A DNA stretch of 64,000 nt from an uncultured Burkholderiaceae bacterium (GTDB lineage Bacteria > Pseudomonadota > Gammaproteobacteria > Burkholderiales > Burkholderiaceae_D). This document shows positions 23,537 through 34,345 of this stretch, in pieces. The stretch covers positions 1,541-65,540 of the forward strand of contig CAZCIX010000004.1 in assembly GCA_964498835.1 (NCBI GenBank), given 5' to 3'. Positions within the stretch are counted from its first letter, which is position 1. Every line of letters starts with the position of its first letter. Under the pieces are notes generated by a model. The model searched no databases, was not told the DNA's origin, and saw only the letters and a list, made by a program, of their open reading frames with translations. Position numbers and translations under genes: made by a program.

Positions 23537-24270
23537 AACAAACCTTCTTTGAGTGCATTCAATTGCGTGGTATGTGTCAAATCTATCTGTAAAGGCGTAA
23601 TTGATACCTTACCCTGCGCTGTCGCATAAAAATCGGTTCCCTCACTCGCATCTTTCGCTGCACCAGCTGGCCCTATCCAAAAAATCTCCCGTCCATGCGG
23701 ATCCTGCGATTTAATGATCGCTTCAGATTGATGACGTTTGCCTAAGCGCGTGGCAACAATCTCTTCCAAATCATCATAAGGGCGGTTGGGGATATTCACA
23801 TTTAACAAATACGGTTTTTGCAAAGTATCAAAACGCTGCTCCACAATCCGACGTGCCATTTTTGCCGCTGATTCCAATTGACTCCAACCAGGTTCGACTT
23901 GTGAAAAGGCAATGGAAGGAATACCAAATAAAAACCCTTCTGTCGCTGCAGCCACCGTGCCAGAGTACAAGGTATCGTCTCCCATATTCTGACCTTGATT
24001 AATCCCCGAAACAACCAAATCTGGTTTGTAAGACAACAAACCCGTTAAAGCTAAATGCACACAATCAGATGGCGTACCATTCATAAAATAAAAACCATTG
24101 GCAGCACGATACAAAGACAGTGGACGATCCAAGGTTAGAGAATTGGAAGAGCCAGATCGATTACTATCCGGTGCCACCACCACAATCTCCGCAATAGGTG
24201 CCAACGCCTCAGCCAGCGCCACAATACCTGGTGCTAAATAACCATCGTCGTTACTGATAAGAATACGCAT
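23533..24270 (-). CDS. surE: 5'/3'-nucleotidase SurE
   Basis: 245 aa with the N-terminal [11 protein letters not shown] motif. Confidence 0.95.
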   Translation of the reverse strand: MRILISNDDGYLAPGIVALAEALAPIAEIVVVAPDSNRSGSSNSLTLDRPLSLYRAANGFYFMNGTPSDCVHLALTGLLSYKPDLVVSGINQGQNMGDDTLYSGTVAAATEGFLFGIPSIAFSQVEPGWSQLESAAKMARRIVEQRFDTLQKPYLLNVNIPNRPYDDLEEIVATRLGKRHQSEAIIKSQDPHGREIFWIGPAGAAKDASEGTDFYATAQGKVSITPLQIDLTHTTQLNALKEGLL

Positions 24271-24276
24271 AAATAA

Positions 24277-26388
24277 TTACAAATCCTTGATAGAAAAAAA
24301 TTCCTGTACTACTGCCAAGTCACGCGTTCTTTTAAACGCCGGTAGGCTTTGCCAAATTCTCTTGCCATATGGCTTTGAAATCAACCGAGGGTCACAAATC
24401 ATTAAGACACCACGATCAGTTTCATTACGAATCAAACGTCCGGCACCTTGCTTCATGTTAATAATCGCTTCCGGCAATTGATGATGAACAAATCCATTCA
24501 ACCCCTGTTTTTCCATCACCTCAATCCGCGCGGCAAGCACTGGATCATCTGGCGGAGCAAAAGGCAATTTATCAATAATCACTAAGGAAAGCGCTTCTCC
24601 ACGCACATCCACGCCCTCCCAAAAACTTTGGCTACCTATCAATACTGCATTGCCAGCCAAGCGAAAACGATCCAGCAATTCTGTGCGGCCACTTTCACCC
24701 TGCACCATCAATGGAAAAGAAAGTTGTTGGTTAGCAAATTCTGCACGCAAACGCTCTGCGGTTTGTTTCACCGCACGTAGCGTGGTGCACAAGAAAAAAG
24801 CACGCCCGCCAGCAGCTTTCAACACTGGCAACGCGGCATCAACCACCGCATCGGTATATGCCGGTGAATTGGGCTGTGGCAAATTATTAGGAACGTACAG
24901 CAAACCTTGTTGTTCATAATTAAAGGGACTGGGCCAAGAACGCGCTAACTCATGCTGCAATCCCATTTGCGACGTGAAATGATGGAAATTGTTCTTCACC
25001 GCCAACGTAGCAGAAGCAAAAATCCAGGAGCGTGGCACGCCCTCGCGTTGTTTGTTAAAAATAGGCGCAATCGATAATGGTGTGCGATTTAATTGCAAAG
25101 AAACGGAAAAAGCTTCGACCCAAAATATCGTATCGGCGTTTTCTAGGTTTTCTTTATTTTCGTTGTTTTTGTTGGCGTTATTGGGAATCTGATTATTCGA
25201 ACTTTTAGTCGAATTTTTATCCCAATTTTTACTATTCCAACACTGCAAACGCAGATCTAACTCAATCGCTCTTGTTCGGCATTGCTCAATGGTTTCAGCA
25301 CGTTCAGCCTGTGCTTCCAACACTGCGATCATGCCGGCCAATTCAACTTTTAATTTTTCTAAAGCAGGGAAAAACTCAGAAGAAGGTGCAATCTGATGAA
25401 TCGATAAACGCACGTTATCTTGTGGAAATGTCAAACGCAGATCCCGTGCCGCACGCTCAACAGGTGTCACCACTTTCACCCATTCTGCTCCATCGCGCGC
25501 ATGCGATAACCCTTCTGCCAACACATCACGGCACAACTCCAACACTTGCGAAGTCGAAATCGTATCGCCAAAAAAGAGCGAAGCAACGTCGGGTAATTGA
25601 TGCGCCTCATCAAAAATAATCGTATTCGCTGATGGCAATAATTCGGCGACGCCATTGTCTTTCAGAGCAACATCAGCAAAAAACAAATGGTGATTAACCA
25701 CCACCACATCCGCTTTTTGCGCTTCCTTACGCGCTTTCATGACGAAGCAATCTTGCGCATACTGACAATCGGAACCCAAACACGTATCACGCGTCGAGGT
25801 CACTAAATTCCAGATTGGCGCCGTTTCCGGCACTTTCAGCAATTCGGATTTATCACCCGACATGGTGGTTTTGATAAAGCGGGAAATTTCACGCAAATAT
25901 CCCACATCATCACGTGACGTTAAACGACCATTTTGCAGCGTGCGCTCTAAATGAAAATGGCAGACATAATTAGCTCGCCCTTTCAGCAAAGCGATCGATA
26001 CCGGGACATTCAGCGCCTTGCGTACCGTGGGGATATCGCGTTGATACAACTGATCCTGTAAGTTTTTTGTTCCCGTAGAAACAATCACCTTACCTCCCCA
26101 CAATAAAGCGGGAACCAGATAAGCAAAAGTTTTTCCGGTACCAGTACCAGCTTCGGCAATCAGGGTTTTTTGTTCCGCCACCGCTTGCGCAATCGCCTTA
26201 GCCATTTCAGTTTGCGCCTGACGTGGGCGATAGTCTGCCACCGCAAGGTTTAACAAACCGCCGCTACCAAATAATTGCTCAACCTCAACGTCATGCGCTC
26301 CTGACGAAAAAGAAGGAGAAGCTGAAGTCAATGCGGATTCTGACGTTAGCGTTGGTGAAATAGAGGTTTCTTGAGTCAAAGTAGCCAC
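24277..26388 (-). CDS. dinG: ATP-dependent DNA helicase, DinG/YoaA (XPD-like) family
   Basis: 703 aa with Walker A AGTGTGKT and the DEAH box FDEAHQL. Cys residues fit an XPD-type Fe-S insertion. I read a GTG start, located 5 nt after the upstream small gene. Confidence 0.85.
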   Translation of the reverse strand: MATLTQETSISPTLTSESALTSASPSFSSGAHDVEVEQLFGSGGLLNLAVADYRPRQAQTEMAKAIAQAVAEQKTLIAEAGTGTGKTFAYLVPALLWGGKVIVSTGTKNLQDQLYQRDIPTVRKALNVPVSIALLKGRANYVCHFHLERTLQNGRLTSRDDVGYLREISRFIKTTMSGDKSELLKVPETAPIWNLVTSTRDTCLGSDCQYAQDCFVMKARKEAQKADVVVVNHHLFFADVALKDNGVAELLPSANTIIFDEAHQLPDVASLFFGDTISTSQVLELCRDVLAEGLSHARDGAEWVKVVTPVERAARDLRLTFPQDNVRLSIHQIAPSSEFFPALEKLKVELAGMIAVLEAQAERAETIEQCRTRAIELDLRLQCWNSKNWDKNSTKSSNNQIPNNANKNNENKENLENADTIFWVEAFSVSLQLNRTPLSIAPIFNKQREGVPRSWIFASATLAVKNNFHHFTSQMGLQHELARSWPSPFNYEQQGLLYVPNNLPQPNSPAYTDAVVDAALPVLKAAGGRAFFLCTTLRAVKQTAERLRAEFANQQLSFPLMVQGESGRTELLDRFRLAGNAVLIGSQSFWEGVDVRGEALSLVIIDKLPFAPPDDPVLAARIEVMEKQGLNGFVHHQLPEAIINMKQGAGRLIRNETDRGVLMICDPRLISKPYGKRIWQSLPAFKRTRDLAVVQEFFSIKDL

Positions 26389-26393
26389 AGGAT

Positions 26394-26600
26394 TTAAGCA
26401 GGGACATCTGGAATCAATTGCATTCTCAGCAATGTAATATGATCTTTTAATTGCAGGCGTCGTTTCTTCAAACGTTGCAATTGCAGCTCATTATGCGGCA
26501 GATTACGCATCAAAGTATCGATCACAAGATTCAAATCCTGGTGTTCAATTTCTAATTCAGTAATCCGATCCTGTATCTGCTCTACACTCATCTTGTCCAT
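26394..26600 (-). CDS. Small DUF465 (YdcH-like) coiled-coil protein
   Basis: Met46 of the track ORF gives a 68-aa protein, MDKMSVEQIQDRITELEIEHQDLN...RLKKRRLQLKDHI, which is typical of the DUF465 family. Confidence 0.6.
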   Translation of the reverse strand: MDKMSVEQIQDRITELEIEHQDLNLVIDTLMRNLPHNELQLQRLKKRRLQLKDHITLLRMQLIPDVPA

Positions 26601-26652
26601 TTTATGGCAATCGAAAAATTGATTAAGGTAAGAAAATTTACAAAACCTAAGA

Positions 26653-27060
26653 CTAAGGCTCCGGCTGATTTGCCAACTTTTTGTCACGCTCTTCAACACG
26701 AGCACGGCGCTTGAATAAATTCGCCTCATTTTCAAGCAATTTCACATTGGCCAACATAGTCCGACGCTGCTCTTTTGCACGATCTAAACAGGATGTAGCG
26801 AAAAATCTTTCATAGCAAGCACGCTCATCTTTGTCAAATTGCGCAGCAATACGAACTCGCCGACCAGCCGCCTCCTCTAAAGCCATATCGGCATCAGCAA
26901 CGGAATGTAGTGTTCCAGATGCAGAAGACATAAACGACGAAGCTTGTCCACAATCTACAGAAGGGAAAGCAGAAGCTGCATCATGCTGCGCACAAGCTTG
27001 GGCAATAGAAAATTGCATTAATAACAACAGCAAGATCAATGTTTTAACCATTTGATTCAT
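26653..27060 (-). CDS. Hypothetical secreted protein
   Basis: 135 aa with a signal peptide (LLLLLMQFSIAQACA), several Cys residues and a basic coiled-coil C-terminus. No recognisable domain. Confidence 0.5.
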   Translation of the reverse strand: MNQMVKTLILLLLLMQFSIAQACAQHDAASAFPSVDCGQASSFMSSASGTLHSVADADMALEEAAGRRVRIAAQFDKDERACYERFFATSCLDRAKEQRRTMLANVKLLENEANLFKRRARVEERDKKLANQPEP

Positions 27061-27151
27061 ATTTCATATGCATTTAATTTAAATCCAAACTTTCCACCAC
27101 CGATCGTTGTTCCACGCGTTTCGGCCGGAATCCAGTGACTTTTTCAATCAA

Positions 27152-28249
27152 CTAAACAAGATCAGTCATCACTTCACGCCTTTGCGCTTCCATATACTTT
27201 TTAGACTGCATTTCAATAATGCGTGAAGCGGTACGATGAAACTCATTTGCCAAGATGCCCTGCGTGTAAAGTGCTTCGGGCACCACAGCGGCGGACATGA
27301 ATAATTTCACGTTGTAGTCATAAAACACATCAATAAGCCAAGTAAAACGCCGCGCTTCGGAAGACATAGCAGCAGACATAGCAGGAACGTCAGACAAGAT
27401 AACAACGTGAAAACGACTAGCTATTTCAAGATAATCATTTTGCGAGCGTGGCCCGCCACATAATGTCGCAAAATCGAACCAAACCACGGTACCCGCACGA
27501 CGCAAAGCCCTGATTTCACGTGCCTCGATATGAATACACACATCCTCATCATTTGTTTCTGCCACACTAGAAAAAATGTGGCGCAAAGCACTATCTGCAT
27601 TTGCGCCCAGCGGCGTGTAATACGCACTCACTTGCTCCAACGCACGCCGACGATAATCAATGCCTGCATCCACATTCAAAATATCCATTTTTTCTTGCAA
27701 CAAAGCGATGCAAGGCAAAATACGATCACGATGCAAACCATCTGGATACAAGGCTTCTGGCGCATAATTTGAGGTGATGATGAATGAGATACCTTGCTTG
27801 AATAAAGCCGAAAATAAATTATAAAGTATCATCGCATCCGCAATATCGCAGACATGGAATTCGTCAAAACAAATCAGACGGTATTTTTTTGCAATCAAAC
27901 GTGCAATTTCATCCAAGGGATTCGCGACCCCTTTCAACTCATCCAATTGTCTATGGATTTCGCGCATAAACTCATGAAAATGCAAGCGCGTCTTACGCAC
28001 AATCGGGACAACGGAATAAAAGCTGTCCATGAGAAAAGACTTCCCACGTCCAACACCACCCCACATGTACACACCACGCGGCACCTCCGGCCGATGCAAC
28101 CAGCGTTTTAGCTTATTGGAACGTTGCGACTTGAAAACTTGCCATTCTTCATAAGATTGTTGCAAACGCGAGATGGCAAGGCGCTGTGCTTCATCAGCTT
28201 TAAAATCACGCTTCGACAAAGCATGCGCATAAAATTCTTGGACATTCAT
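27152..28249 (-). CDS. zapE: Cell division protein ZapE (AFG1-like ATPase)
   Basis: 365 aa with Walker A GGVGRGKSFLMD and Walker B LICFDEF. It lies downstream of lpdA. Confidence 0.9.
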   Translation of the reverse strand: MNVQEFYAHALSKRDFKADEAQRLAISRLQQSYEEWQVFKSQRSNKLKRWLHRPEVPRGVYMWGGVGRGKSFLMDSFYSVVPIVRKTRLHFHEFMREIHRQLDELKGVANPLDEIARLIAKKYRLICFDEFHVCDIADAMILYNLFSALFKQGISFIITSNYAPEALYPDGLHRDRILPCIALLQEKMDILNVDAGIDYRRRALEQVSAYYTPLGANADSALRHIFSSVAETNDEDVCIHIEAREIRALRRAGTVVWFDFATLCGGPRSQNDYLEIASRFHVVILSDVPAMSAAMSSEARRFTWLIDVFYDYNVKLFMSAAVVPEALYTQGILANEFHRTASRIIEMQSKKYMEAQRREVMTDLV

Positions 28250-28282
28250 TGATATCCGATGTAACTAAGATGATGTACAAAC

Positions 28283-28314
28283 AAAAAAAGGGACGAAAAC
28301 TTCTCGTCCCTTTT
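28283..28314 (-). terminator. Rho-independent terminator after lpdA
   Basis: On the minus strand, the hairpin gggacga-N7-tcgtccc is followed by TTTTTTT. Confidence 0.7.
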
Positions 28315-28328
28315 ATCATTTCAGATGA

Positions 28329-29768
28329 TTAAAAATTCAACGCCCGTTTATCTACAGCCAAAGCAGCTTCTTTAGTTGCTTCTGACAAAGATGGGTGAGC
28401 ATGGCAAATACGTGCAATGTCTTCTGAAGAAGCACGGAATTCCATTGCAACGACTGCTTCCGCAATCAATTCAGACGCTACGGGCCCAACGATATGCACG
28501 CCCAAAATTTCATCGCTTTTCGCATCAGCTAAGAATTTGACCATACCAGAAGTATCACCCAATGCGCGCGCACGTCCGTTTGCCAGGAAGGGGAATGTAC
28601 CTGCTTTGTAAGCAACACCTTCGGCTTTCAATTGCTGCTCAGTTTTGCCAACCCAAGCGATTTCTGGCGAGGTATAAATGACCCATGGCACGGTGTTGAA
28701 ATTGACATGTCCATGCTGACCTGCAATACGCTCAGCCACGGCAACGCCTTCTTCTTCCGCTTTATGCGCCAACATAGGGCCACGCACCACGTCACCAACT
28801 GCCCATACGTTTGGCAAATTGGTTTTGCAATCGTCATCCACCGCTACAAAGCCGCGATCATCTAGCTTCAAGCCTACGCTTTCACCATTCAAACCATTGG
28901 TATTTGGTGTGCGACCGATGGAAACGATCAATTTATCGAATACAGTTTTTTGTGCATCGCCCTTCGCATCCACGTACTCAACTGTCACGCCTTTTTTACC
29001 AGCGGTGATCACACCGATCTTGACGCCCAAATTGATGTTCAAACCTTGCTTGGTGAACAATTTGTGCGCTTCTTTGGAGATTTGATCATCCACCGCAGCC
29101 AAAAATGTAGGCAAGGCTTCCAGCACCGTCACTTCTGCCCCCAAACGACGCCATACGCTACCCATTTCAAGGCCGATCACGCCAGCACCGATTACACCCA
29201 ATTTTTTAGGCACAGCATCAATGGTTAAAGCACCGGTATTGGAGAGAATTTGTTTTTCATCAAATTCTGCACCTGGCAATGCACGCGCATTGGAGCCAGT
29301 TGCAATAATGATGTGCTTACCAGTAATCGCTTCTGTACCTTTGTCCTTACCTACCAACGCTACTTGAATCTGATAAGCGCCACCTTCCGCTTTAGCGAAA
29401 GAACCACGGCCATGGAAGAAAGTAATTTTGTTCTTTTTCAACAAATACAAAATACCGTCATTGTTTTGTTTGATAACGGAATCTTTACGCGCCAACATCT
29501 TCTTGAGATTCAGGCTTAAACCCTTCACATCAATGCCATGATCAGCAAAAGCGTGATTCGCATGCTCGTAATGCTCGGAAGATTGCAATAAAGCTTTAGA
29601 TGGAATACAACCGACGTTGGTACAAGTACCACCTGGCGCAGGACCACCCTGTGCATTTTTCCATTCATCGATACAAGCAACAGAAAAACCCAATTGCGCA
29701 GCGCGTATCGCAGCCACATAACCGCCTGGGCCGCCACCAATAACAACCACATCAAAATTTTTCGACAT
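28329..29768 (-). CDS. lpdA: Dihydrolipoyl dehydrogenase (E3)
   Basis: 479 aa with the FAD motif GGGPGGY and the redox-active disulfide [10 protein letters not shown]. Confidence 0.96.
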   Translation of the reverse strand: MSKNFDVVVIGGGPGGYVAAIRAAQLGFSVACIDEWKNAQGGPAPGGTCTNVGCIPSKALLQSSEHYEHANHAFADHGIDVKGLSLNLKKMLARKDSVIKQNNDGILYLLKKNKITFFHGRGSFAKAEGGAYQIQVALVGKDKGTEAITGKHIIIATGSNARALPGAEFDEKQILSNTGALTIDAVPKKLGVIGAGVIGLEMGSVWRRLGAEVTVLEALPTFLAAVDDQISKEAHKLFTKQGLNINLGVKIGVITAGKKGVTVEYVDAKGDAQKTVFDKLIVSIGRTPNTNGLNGESVGLKLDDRGFVAVDDDCKTNLPNVWAVGDVVRGPMLAHKAEEEGVAVAERIAGQHGHVNFNTVPWVIYTSPEIAWVGKTEQQLKAEGVAYKAGTFPFLANGRARALGDTSGMVKFLADAKSDEILGVHIVGPVASELIAEAVVAMEFRASSEDIARICHAHPSLSEATKEAALAVDKRALNF

Positions 29769-29804
29769 ATTTAAACCTAGTCAGTAAAAGGTCAGGAATT
29801 GAAG

Positions 29805-29851
29805 AATAAAAAATAGAGCGCTTAGGCACACAAAAGCACCTAATACGCTCT
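29805..29851 (-). terminator. Hairpin plus T-run between sucB and lpdA (possible partial terminator or attenuator)
   Basis: The minus strand reads agagcgtattaggtgc-ttttgt-gtgcctaagcgctct, followed by ATTTTTTATT. Confidence 0.5.
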
Positions 29852-29866
29852 ACCTCTATCTCTGTT

Positions 29867-31123
29867 TTATATATTCAACAATAAACGTGCTGGATCTTCC
29901 AACGCCTCTTTCATCGCTACCAAGCCCAATACCGCTTCACGGCCATCGATAATACGATGATCGTAAGACATGGCGAGATAGTTCATAGGACGAATAACGA
30001 TTTGGCCATTTTCAACGACAGGTCTTTCTTTCGTCGCATGAACGCCAAGAATCGCAGATTGTGGTGGATTGATGATAGGTGTCGACAACATGGAACCAAA
30101 AGTACCACCGTTGGAAATCGAGAAAGTACCGCCAGTCAAATCATCCATCGTCAACTTACCATCTTTGGCTTTAGCACCAAATTCAGCAATCGTTTTTTCG
30201 ATTTCAGCAATCGACAATTGATCCGCATTACGCAAAATTGGTACTACCAAACCACGTGGTGAACCAACAGCGATACCGATATCAAAATAACCATGATAAA
30301 CAATATCGTTGCCATCTACGGATGCGTTGATGATGGGATATTTCTTGAGTGCAGCAACTGCAGCTTTGACAAAGAAGGACATGAAACCAAGCTTCACGCC
30401 ATGTTCTTTTTCAAATTTGTCTTTGTATTTGTTACGCAAATCAATCACTGGCTGCATATTGACTTCATTGAACGTCGTCAAAATAGCATTGGTTGATTGG
30501 GATTCCACCAAACGCTCAGCAACACGTGCACGCAAACGACTCATAGGCACGCGCTCCTCTGGACGTTCGCCCAAATTCAATGCTTTAGGAGCAGCGACTT
30601 GTTGCAACGCTGGTTTAGCTGCCGCTGCAGGACGAGCTGCTACTGCTGCAGGTGCTGCTTTGGCGTCGACTGCATTGATCACATCGCCCTTGGTCACGCG
30701 TCCATCTTTGCCAGTACCCGTTACTTGTGAAGCGGACATATTATTGTCAGCCAACATCTTGGCGGCCGCAGGCATTGCAATCGTGCCCACATTGGTAGCA
30801 CTAGCAGCACTACTTGCAGCAACTTGTGCTGGTGCAGCTGCTGGTGCAGGTGCCGCAGCTGCGGACGTAGCACCTGCTTTTGCTTCGGTATCGATGAGCG
30901 CAATGACTTCACCAGCAACGACAGTGCTGCCTTCAGCTTTGATAACTTGAGTGATCACGCCAGCACTAGGCGCTGGTAATTCAAGCACCACTTTATCTGT
31001 TTCGACGTCGATCAAATTTTCGTCACGAGCAACAGCTTCGCCCACTTTTTTATGCCACTGCAGCAAGGTCGCTTCTGCGACGGATTCGGATAACTGAGGG
31101 ACTTTGACTTCAATAATTGCCAT
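29867..31123 (-). CDS. sucB: Dihydrolipoyllysine-residue succinyltransferase (E2o)
   Basis: 418 aa with a lipoyl domain (VETDKV), an Ala/Pro linker and the catalytic DHRIIDG motif. Confidence 0.96.
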   Translation of the reverse strand: MAIIEVKVPQLSESVAEATLLQWHKKVGEAVARDENLIDVETDKVVLELPAPSAGVITQVIKAEGSTVVAGEVIALIDTEAKAGATSAAAAPAPAAAPAQVAASSAASATNVGTIAMPAAAKMLADNNMSASQVTGTGKDGRVTKGDVINAVDAKAAPAAVAARPAAAAKPALQQVAAPKALNLGERPEERVPMSRLRARVAERLVESQSTNAILTTFNEVNMQPVIDLRNKYKDKFEKEHGVKLGFMSFFVKAAVAALKKYPIINASVDGNDIVYHGYFDIGIAVGSPRGLVVPILRNADQLSIAEIEKTIAEFGAKAKDGKLTMDDLTGGTFSISNGGTFGSMLSTPIINPPQSAILGVHATKERPVVENGQIVIRPMNYLAMSYDHRIIDGREAVLGLVAMKEALEDPARLLLNI

Positions 31124-31154
31124 GTAAACTCCATGTCTGGTGATTCATACTGAT

Positions 31155-31180
31155 ATGGCGTACCTTTTCTAGTACGCCAT
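31155..31180 (-). other. Intercistronic hairpin between sucA and sucB
   Basis: A 9-bp inverted repeat, atggcgtac-N8-gtacgccat, with no T-run. Confidence 0.35.
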
Positions 31181-31213
31181 GATTAGTTTATTAATTTATA
31201 AAATTATTAATGA

Positions 31214-34069
31214 TTATTTGGTCAAAACAAAACCTTTGAGCTTAGCAAAGGCGCCATCCAACAACGCTTTTTGCTGCGCATAATGTTTGTCATAGTAACC
31301 AACAGCAGGAGCAGCGCTAGCAGGACGCCCCACATAAGCCAGTTTTTGGCCTTGCTCCATATTTTCAAATATATTGTGCTGAATTTGGAACCATGGACCT
31401 TGATTTTGCGGCTCATCCTGCGCCCACACCACTTCTAACAAATTGGGGAATTTTTTCAATTCAGCAGCAAATGCTTTGTGTGGGAATGGATACAATTGTT
31501 CAACACGGATAATCGCTGTATCGTTTTGACCACGTTCTTTACGCGCATTGACCAAGTCAAAATAAACCTTACCGGAACAAACCAAGACACGTTTTACTTT
31601 CTTTGCATCGATTTTTTCATCGGTTTCACCAATCACGGTCTGGAATGCCCCCTTCGCCAATTCAGACAAAGGTGATCCTGCATCTTTGTTACGCAACAAG
31701 GATTTTGGCGTAAAAATAACCAAAGGCTTACGGAACATACGAACCATTTGACGGCGCAACACATGGAAAATCTGCGCTGCGCTAGTTGGTTGTACGACTT
31801 GCATATTGTGATCTGCACACAACTGCAAGAAACGCTCAATACGTGCGGAAGAATGCTCTGGACCTTGGCCTTCATAACCATGTGGCAACATCATCACGAG
31901 ACCAGAAGCACGACCCCATTTGACTTCGCCGGAGCTAATAAACTGATCAATCACCACTTGCGCGCCATTAGCAAAGTCACCAAACTGCGCTTCCCAAATC
32001 GTCAATGTATTGGGCTCAGTAGTGGAATAGCCATATTCAAAACCCAATACAGCTTCTTCTGACAAAACAGAGTCAATAACAGTAAATGGTGCTTGTTTAT
32101 CAGAAACATTTTGCAATGGAATATACGTACCCGCATCCCAACGTTCACGTTTTTGATCATGCAGTACAGCATGACGATGAACAAAGGTACCGCGGCCAGC
32201 ATCTTGACCTGTCAAACGCACCGCATAACCTGATGCTACCAAGGAAGCATAGGCCAAATGTTCACCCATCCCCCAATCCAGATTCATATCGCCACGTCCC
32301 ATGCTGGCACGATCACCAATGACCTTTTCAACCAAAGCATGCGCTTTAAAGTTTTCAGGAACAACTGTAATACGAGCAGCCAAACGCTTTAATTCTGCCA
32401 AAGGTACGGCTGTATCAGCAGCATCATTCCATTTGCGATTGAGGAAAGGCATCCAATCAACGGCATATTTGCTCTTGAAATTGGAAAGAACAGGATCAAC
32501 GGTATGTTTACCAGAATCCATCGCATCACGGAACACTTTGACCATCGCATCACCATCATCGGATGCGATTGTTCCTTGGGCAACCAATTTATCTGCATAC
32601 AACTTACGTGTACCAGGATGGACCGCAATTTTTTTGTACATCAACGGCTGTGTCAGCGCTGGTGTATCTTGCTCATTATGACCAAGCTTACGGTAGCAAA
32701 TGATGTCAACAACGATGTCTTTCTTAAACGCCATGCGGTAATCCAATGCTATTTGCGTCGCCAGCACTACCGCTTCTGGATCATCTGCGTTCACATGAAA
32801 TACAGGCGCTTCAATCATCTTGACCACGTCGGAGCAGTACAAAGTAGAACGTGAATCACGTGGATCGGAAGTAGTAAAACCAATCTGATTATTGATGACA
32901 ATATGAACAGTACCACCTGTGCCATAACCACGAGTTTGCGCCAAATTCAACGTTTCCATGACGACGCCCTGTCCTGCGAATGCAGCATCACCGTGTACCA
33001 AAATTGGCAAAACTTGTGACCCATCTTTATCATCACGCCTATCCATACGCGCTTTGACTGACCCTTCTACAACAGGATTGACGATTTCCAGATGGGATGG
33101 ATTAAACGCTAAGGACAAATGCACAGGGCCGCCAGGAGTAGACACATCACTGGAAAACCCTTGGTGGTATTTGACGTCGCCAGAAGGCAAATCATCACCA
33201 TGTTTGCCTTCAAATTCTTCAAACAAGTCTTGTGGTGCTTTACCCAATGTATTGACCAGCACATTCAAACGACCACGATGGGCCATACCGATAACGATTT
33301 CCTGTACACCTTTTTCACCAGCACGTTGAATCAACTCGTCCATGGAAGCGATAAAACTCTCACCACCCTCCAAAGAAAAACGCTTCTGACCGACATATCT
33401 GGTATGTAAATAACGCTCTAGACCTTCTGCTGCGGTCAAACGTTCCAAGATATGCTTTTTCTTTTCAGCTGAAAAAGTGGGGGTGGAACGGATTGATTCC
33501 AAATTTTCTTGCATCCAACGCTTTTCAGCAGGATTGCCAACGTACATGAATTCTGCGCCGATGGAACGACAATAAGTATCACGCAAAGCGTTCAACAAAT
33601 CACGCAGGGAAGCAGTTTCAATTCCAAAATAAGTATTACTGACATTGAATTGGATATCCATATCCGCATCAGTAAAGCCATAAAATGCTGGATCCAACTC
33701 AGGAATATTAGGACGCTCTTGGCGTTGCAAAGGATCAAGATTGGCCCAATAACTACCCAAAAAACGATAAGCAGAAATCAATTGCTGAACAGCAACTTGT
33801 TTGCGACCCATTTCAGCATCTTCTGCTGCATTAACGGTACGGATTGGGCCTTGCTTGGCACGTTCTGCAAATGAAGCGATCACTGGTGCATGTGGCACGT
33901 CGGATTTGTTCGATCCATCAACAGCAGGCACATTTTGCATCGCATCGAAATAAGCGCGCCAGTTGTCACTGACTGAACCAGGATTGTCGAGGTAGGCTTC
34001 GTACAATTCTTCAACGTACGGCGCATTCCCTCCGAATAAATAGGAATTGGCGTTATATTGCTGCATCAT
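31214..34069 (-). CDS. sucA: 2-oxoglutarate dehydrogenase E1 component
   Basis: 951 aa with the typical N-terminus MMQQYNANSYLFGGNAPYVEELYE and ThDP-binding regions. Confidence 0.97.
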   Translation of the reverse strand: MMQQYNANSYLFGGNAPYVEELYEAYLDNPGSVSDNWRAYFDAMQNVPAVDGSNKSDVPHAPVIASFAERAKQGPIRTVNAAEDAEMGRKQVAVQQLISAYRFLGSYWANLDPLQRQERPNIPELDPAFYGFTDADMDIQFNVSNTYFGIETASLRDLLNALRDTYCRSIGAEFMYVGNPAEKRWMQENLESIRSTPTFSAEKKKHILERLTAAEGLERYLHTRYVGQKRFSLEGGESFIASMDELIQRAGEKGVQEIVIGMAHRGRLNVLVNTLGKAPQDLFEEFEGKHGDDLPSGDVKYHQGFSSDVSTPGGPVHLSLAFNPSHLEIVNPVVEGSVKARMDRRDDKDGSQVLPILVHGDAAFAGQGVVMETLNLAQTRGYGTGGTVHIVINNQIGFTTSDPRDSRSTLYCSDVVKMIEAPVFHVNADDPEAVVLATQIALDYRMAFKKDIVVDIICYRKLGHNEQDTPALTQPLMYKKIAVHPGTRKLYADKLVAQGTIASDDGDAMVKVFRDAMDSGKHTVDPVLSNFKSKYAVDWMPFLNRKWNDAADTAVPLAELKRLAARITVVPENFKAHALVEKVIGDRASMGRGDMNLDWGMGEHLAYASLVASGYAVRLTGQDAGRGTFVHRHAVLHDQKRERWDAGTYIPLQNVSDKQAPFTVIDSVLSEEAVLGFEYGYSTTEPNTLTIWEAQFGDFANGAQVVIDQFISSGEVKWGRASGLVMMLPHGYEGQGPEHSSARIERFLQLCADHNMQVVQPTSAAQIFHVLRRQMVRMFRKPLVIFTPKSLLRNKDAGSPLSELAKGAFQTVIGETDEKIDAKKVKRVLVCSGKVYFDLVNARKERGQNDTAIIRVEQLYPFPHKAFAAELKKFPNLLEVVWAQDEPQNQGPWFQIQHNIFENMEQGQKLAYVGRPASAAPAVGYYDKHYAQQKALLDGAFAKLKGFVLTK

Positions 34070-34189
34070 TACTGCTCACCTTTCTTCGCGCTTCGCGAGA
34101 TTAGCGGGTTCATCTAACCTTCCGCGACACGGCCTGACCGGTTAGCGGATTGCACCTCAAGATGTGGGGAAGGACTTATATTTTTTAAT
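34070..34189 (-). promoter_or_regulatory. Structured sucA 5' leader, a candidate sucA RNA motif (Burkholderiales-specific cis-regulatory RNA)
   Basis: About 120 nt lie between the gltA terminator and the sucA ATG. CCUUCC...GGAAGG and CUAACC...GGUUAG pairings compete for the segment GGAAGGUUAG. A UCGCG-AAG-CGCGA hairpin sits just 5' of the SD-like AAAGGUGAG. Confidence 0.5.
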
Positions 34190-34229
34190 AAAAAAAACGC
34201 CTGCAAGGATAACATATTTGCGCGGCGTC
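34190..34229 (-). terminator. Rho-independent terminator after gltA
   Basis: The minus strand reads acgccgcgcaa-N-ttgcaggcgt followed by TTTTTTTT. A separate perfect 12-bp hairpin (tttccatcacct/aggtgatggaaa) lies at ~34278-34303. Confidence 0.75.
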
Positions 34230-34345
34230 AAAAACGTTTGTAATTGTTTATTTATACACAATATTATTGAACAACTTTTCCATCACCTAGACAGGTGATG
34301 GAAATACATACAAGATCAAACTCAAACAAGGGAAAACAAGAAAAA

